This document shows positions 61,063 to 64,000 of a DNA stretch of 64,000 bases, piece by piece (position 1 is the first letter of the stretch; each line of letters starts with the position of its first letter). The position numbers and the translations under genes are program-made. Under the pieces are notes generated by a model that saw nothing but the letters and a program-made list of their open reading frames with translations, was not told the DNA's origin and ran no database searches. The stretch is from Clostridia bacterium (GTDB lineage Bacteria > Bacillota > Clostridia > TANB77 > CAG-465), in assembly GCA_900772475.1 (NCBI GenBank), contig CAAHEI010000008.1:21346-85345 (forward strand), read 5' to 3'.

Positions 61063-61788
61063 ATGGAAAATATAATAAAATTAGATAGAAATAATAATTT
61101 AGATGAATGCTTAACTTTTCAAGAAAAAAGAAATAGAAATGAATTTTCAAGTTTGGTTACTAAAGTAGTGGACAATAGCATTGGTTATATTATTAAGTCT
61201 CTTCCAATAAATGATAGCATAAGACAAGTTGCACTTGATGTTAAAGAAGCGTTTAAAACAGGAGATTTTAAAAATATAGTTAAGATAGCAGTAAAAAGTA
61301 GTATAAGGGAGGGATTAGAAATTTTGAAACTTCCAAAAAATGCTATATCAGATATTTCACAAATAAGTAGAGTTGTTTTTAATGGAGGTTTATCATCTGC
61401 ATTATCCGCAGGTATAGATATTATATCAAATAAATATTTAAAGAAAAATATTTTTTCATCTATTATTTCACGAATTATAAAAGATATGAAAGATTATGTG
61501 TTTAGTAAATCATTTAAAATAAAAATAGAAAATGGTGTAAATAAATTATTAAATAAAACCAGTAAGTTTAACCAGTTATGCGAAAAGTGGTATGAATCCT
61601 ATGAAAAATTTGATTTAAATAACATGAAAAGTATATGTAAAAGTATAGCTAATATGCAAAAACACATTGTAAATGATAAAGATTGTAAATATCAATCAGA
61701 AATAATTCAAAATATGACAAATTTAGTAAATGCCCAAAATTCTAAATTGTCTCCTATACAAATGCAAATATGTAGTAGCATGAATTGA
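61063..61788 (+). CDS. hypothetical helical protein (241 aa)
   Basis: ATG at 61063 after GAAAGGTGA. No TM and no motif recognised. Last gene of the VirB4-like operon. Confidence 0.5.
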   Translation: MENIIKLDRNNNLDECLTFQEKRNRNEFSSLVTKVVDNSIGYIIKSLPINDSIRQVALDVKEAFKTGDFKNIVKIAVKSSIREGLEILKLPKNAISDISQISRVVFNGGLSSALSAGIDIISNKYLKKNIFSSIISRIIKDMKDYVFSKSFKIKIENGVNKLLNKTSKFNQLCEKWYESYEKFDLNNMKSICKSIANMQKHIVNDKDCKYQSEIIQNMTNLVNAQNSKLSPIQMQICSSMN

Positions 61789-61875
61789 CAATTAATTAAA
61801 AAATATGTTGCATAAACTACTATATTTGTTGTATAATAGCTTTAAATATATATTAAAATATATTTAGGAGGCTAT

Positions 61876-63177
61876 ATGAGAGTAGGAAGAAATGGTAACG
61901 ATAATAATATAGAAGAAAAAATTTTATATAATAAGAAGAAAAAAACAAAAAATGAAGTTAAAGGAAAACATATATTAAAAATGATTGTATGGGGTATAAT
62001 AGCAATATTTACTATATATCAAACATACTCACTTATAATGTATACTCTAGGAAAAAAAGATAAAGATAAAATGTGGTTATACAATTCAGTTAATAGTGTT
62101 ATGAATGTTTTTTTTAAGAAGACTGATAAATCAACTACAGAAAATTATAACTTGAAATTTGCAGGATTAGGTGATATATACTTAACTAGTTCAATTATTA
62201 ATTCATCTAAATCAAGAAATACTTATGATTTTAGTGAAGGAATAGAAAGTGTTAAGGAAAAATTAAACAATTTTGATGTTGTTGTTGCAAGCCTATCTAC
62301 TCCAGTTGCTGACAAATCTTTAGGTTATAGTAATAAGAGTGTGTATAATGCTCCAACTCAGTTATTAGATACTTTAAAAGAACTTAATGTCTCTGCAGTA
62401 GCTACTGCAACAGATCATGCAATGGATAAAAGTGAAAAGGGTGTTATAAATACAATAAATAATTTAAAAGAAGCATCTATCGAACAAGTTGGAATAAATG
62501 AAAGTAAAGAAAGAAATAAACCTTTAGTTATTTCTAAAAATGAAATAAATATTGGAATATTATCGTATGCAACAAAATCTAATGTTAAAATAGCTAATGG
62601 TAAAAAGTATTTAGTTAATACATTAAATGAAGATGATATAAAAAGTGATATTGAATATTTAAATTCAAAAAATGTTGATTATATAATAGCATACCTAAAT
62701 GATCCAAATGAAGATAGTCTTCTTACTTCAGGTGAGCAAAAACAAAATGTTGAGTTGTTATTTAATAATGGGGTAAATGTAGTTCTTGGAACAGGTTCAA
62801 TGGTTGTTCAAGGACAAGTAGAAGATCAGGTACAAGTTAATGATGAAAAAACAAATCATATTTATTCAATATATTCTTTAGGAGATTTTTTTGGTAGTTA
62901 TGTATCAGATGATAATAGATCAAGTGTTATTGCAAATATAGAATTTACAAAAAAAATTAAGAAAAACAAAAAGGGAGAAATTATAGATACAGTTGTTGAT
63001 ATGAAAGTAAACACTCCTATTTTTGTTTGGACTAATTTTTCTTCTAAAAATATAAAAACTATGTATATAATGCAAGATGAAATAAATAATTATAACGCTG
63101 GAAATTCAAACTTAACTTCAAAAGAGTATAATAAATTAGTATCAGCAAATGATAGATTAAAAGGATTATTCAAATAG
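61876..63177 (+). CDS. CapA/PgsA-family (PGA_cap metallophosphatase-like) membrane-anchored protein
   Basis: 433 aa. N-terminal TM, then LKFAGLGDIYLTS, VVASLSTPVAD and ATATDHAMD blocks as in the CapA family. Confidence 0.65.
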   Translation: MRVGRNGNDNNIEEKILYNKKKKTKNEVKGKHILKMIVWGIIAIFTIYQTYSLIMYTLGKKDKDKMWLYNSVNSVMNVFFKKTDKSTTENYNLKFAGLGDIYLTSSIINSSKSRNTYDFSEGIESVKEKLNNFDVVVASLSTPVADKSLGYSNKSVYNAPTQLLDTLKELNVSAVATATDHAMDKSEKGVINTINNLKEASIEQVGINESKERNKPLVISKNEINIGILSYATKSNVKIANGKKYLVNTLNEDDIKSDIEYLNSKNVDYIIAYLNDPNEDSLLTSGEQKQNVELLFNNGVNVVLGTGSMVVQGQVEDQVQVNDEKTNHIYSIYSLGDFFGSYVSDDNRSSVIANIEFTKKIKKNKKGEIIDTVVDMKVNTPIFVWTNFSSKNIKTMYIMQDEINNYNAGNSNLTSKEYNKLVSANDRLKGLFK

Positions 63178-63269
63178 TAGATAAAATAAAAGCAAAATGT
63201 TAATATAAAATATTGGCATTTTGCTTTTTTTGTTATATAATGAAATAAGAAAGGACAAGGTGATAATAA

Positions 63270-63608
63270 ATGAATTTTTATGATAAAGTACATGAAATGG
63301 TAAGAGCCTTTAAAGATACACCTGAATTTAGAGAATATGTAGAATTAAAAAACAAATTAAAAGAGGAAAAAGATGCATATGATAGGTTAAAGGATTTTAA
63401 AGAAAGACAAAAAAATTATCAAATGGAATATATTGATGGAAAAGAACAAAGTAAAGAAAAGTTAGATGAAATGCAAAATCTTTACTCAATTATTATACAA
63501 AATGAAACATCAAGAAAACTACTTGAAAATGAAATGAAAATAAATGTTATGCTTGCTGATATGCAAAAAATAATTGGAGATGCTTTAAAAGATATTGTAG
63601 ATTTTTAA
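63270..63608 (+). CDS. YlbF/YmcA-family regulatory protein
   Basis: 112 aa. VHEMVRAFKDTPEFREYVELKNKL...NEMKINVMLADMQKIIGDAL pattern of UPF0342/Com_YlbF. Confidence 0.7.
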   Translation: MNFYDKVHEMVRAFKDTPEFREYVELKNKLKEEKDAYDRLKDFKERQKNYQMEYIDGKEQSKEKLDEMQNLYSIIIQNETSRKLLENEMKINVMLADMQKIIGDALKDIVDF

Positions 63609-63619
63609 GGGGTTTTTAT

Positions 63620-64000
63620 ATGAGTTTTTTTGATAATATAAAGGTATTTAATAAAAAGAGTAATATTAGAAAAGAAGTTGATGATATAATAGGAAAACTT
63701 CCTAGTAGTGATATTATTGCAAAAGATATTTTAAATAAATTAGATAATAAAAAAACTAAATCTATTTTTGATAAAGATATAAAAGGAAACTATTACGTAT
63801 ATCTTAATAACACTATATATCTTTCAGATAGGCAAAATGAAAAAAGTAATTATGAAAGGTTGTGTGTTATAGCACATGAATGTATACATTCTATACAACC
63901 TAAAATACTACAAAATTTAAATTTTATTCTTTCAAATTTGGAGGTTGTAATATTTGTTGTATATTTACTATTATTTTTTCTTAAAGTAAACATACAAAAA
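63620..64000 (+). CDS. putative membrane zinc metalloprotease-like protein (partial, runs off right edge)
   Basis: Manual translation from the ATG at 63620. VIAHECIHS (HExxH) followed by a hydrophobic segment (VVIFVVYLLLFFL). Confidence 0.45.
   Translation, partial: MSFFDNIKVFNKKSNIRKEVDDIIGKLPSSDIIAKDILNKLDNKKTKSIFDKDIKGNYYVYLNNTIYLSDRQNEKSNYERLCVIAHECIHSIQPKILQNLNFILSNLEVVIFVVYLLLFFLKVNIQK

Overview
This is a very AT-rich, Clostridia-like Firmicute chromosome segment centred on the replication origin (GC judged by eye, not computed). On the minus strand lie dnaA-dnaN-recF-gyrB. On the plus strand lie rpmH-rnpA-yidD-yidC-jag-mnmE-mnmG-rsmG-soj-spo0J. DnaA-box clusters sit on both sides of dnaA, and gene orientation switches at about 38.3 kb. 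The dnaA-dnaN spacer holds a perfect (TAG)6 tract between an AT-only stretch and two tandem DnaA boxes, which resembles a DnaA-trio unwinding element. Left of the origin are housekeeping genes: metG, acpS, tatD, a two-component system, murI, recR-ebfC-dnaX with a short SRP RNA just upstream, efp, and infC-rpmI-rplT with an attenuator-like leader. There is one clear accessory island, an ~11.4-kb integrative mobilizable element at the 3' end of tRNA-Pro(UGG), bounded by a 23-bp direct repeat (4946-16342). It carries a RepA_N initiator, a MobV relaxase with an oriT-like hairpin, TnpV, Xis and a tyrosine integrase interrupted by one in-frame TAA. It also carries ~6.5 kb of uncharacterised minus-strand cargo: an XRE / 150-aa / transglutaminase-like cassette, a 307-aa winged-helix protein, and a three-gene Zn-ribbon / DUF3800 / 176-aa operon. 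Right of the origin are two tRNA-Ser genes and cell-envelope and housekeeping genes. At 56.1-61.8 kb there is an unusual locus: two near-identical promoters with Spo0A-box-like motifs, a Spo0E-like gene, three small Asn/Tyr-rich proteins, and an orphan VirB4-like ATPase. The VirB4 homologue is split into two ORFs and the first has no canonical start codon. It is followed by a REC-like/ParA-CpaE-like ATPase and an unknown protein, with no other conjugation genes in the window. No rRNA genes, CRISPR arrays or reverse transcriptases were seen. All functional calls come from motif recognition by eye, and no database search was run.
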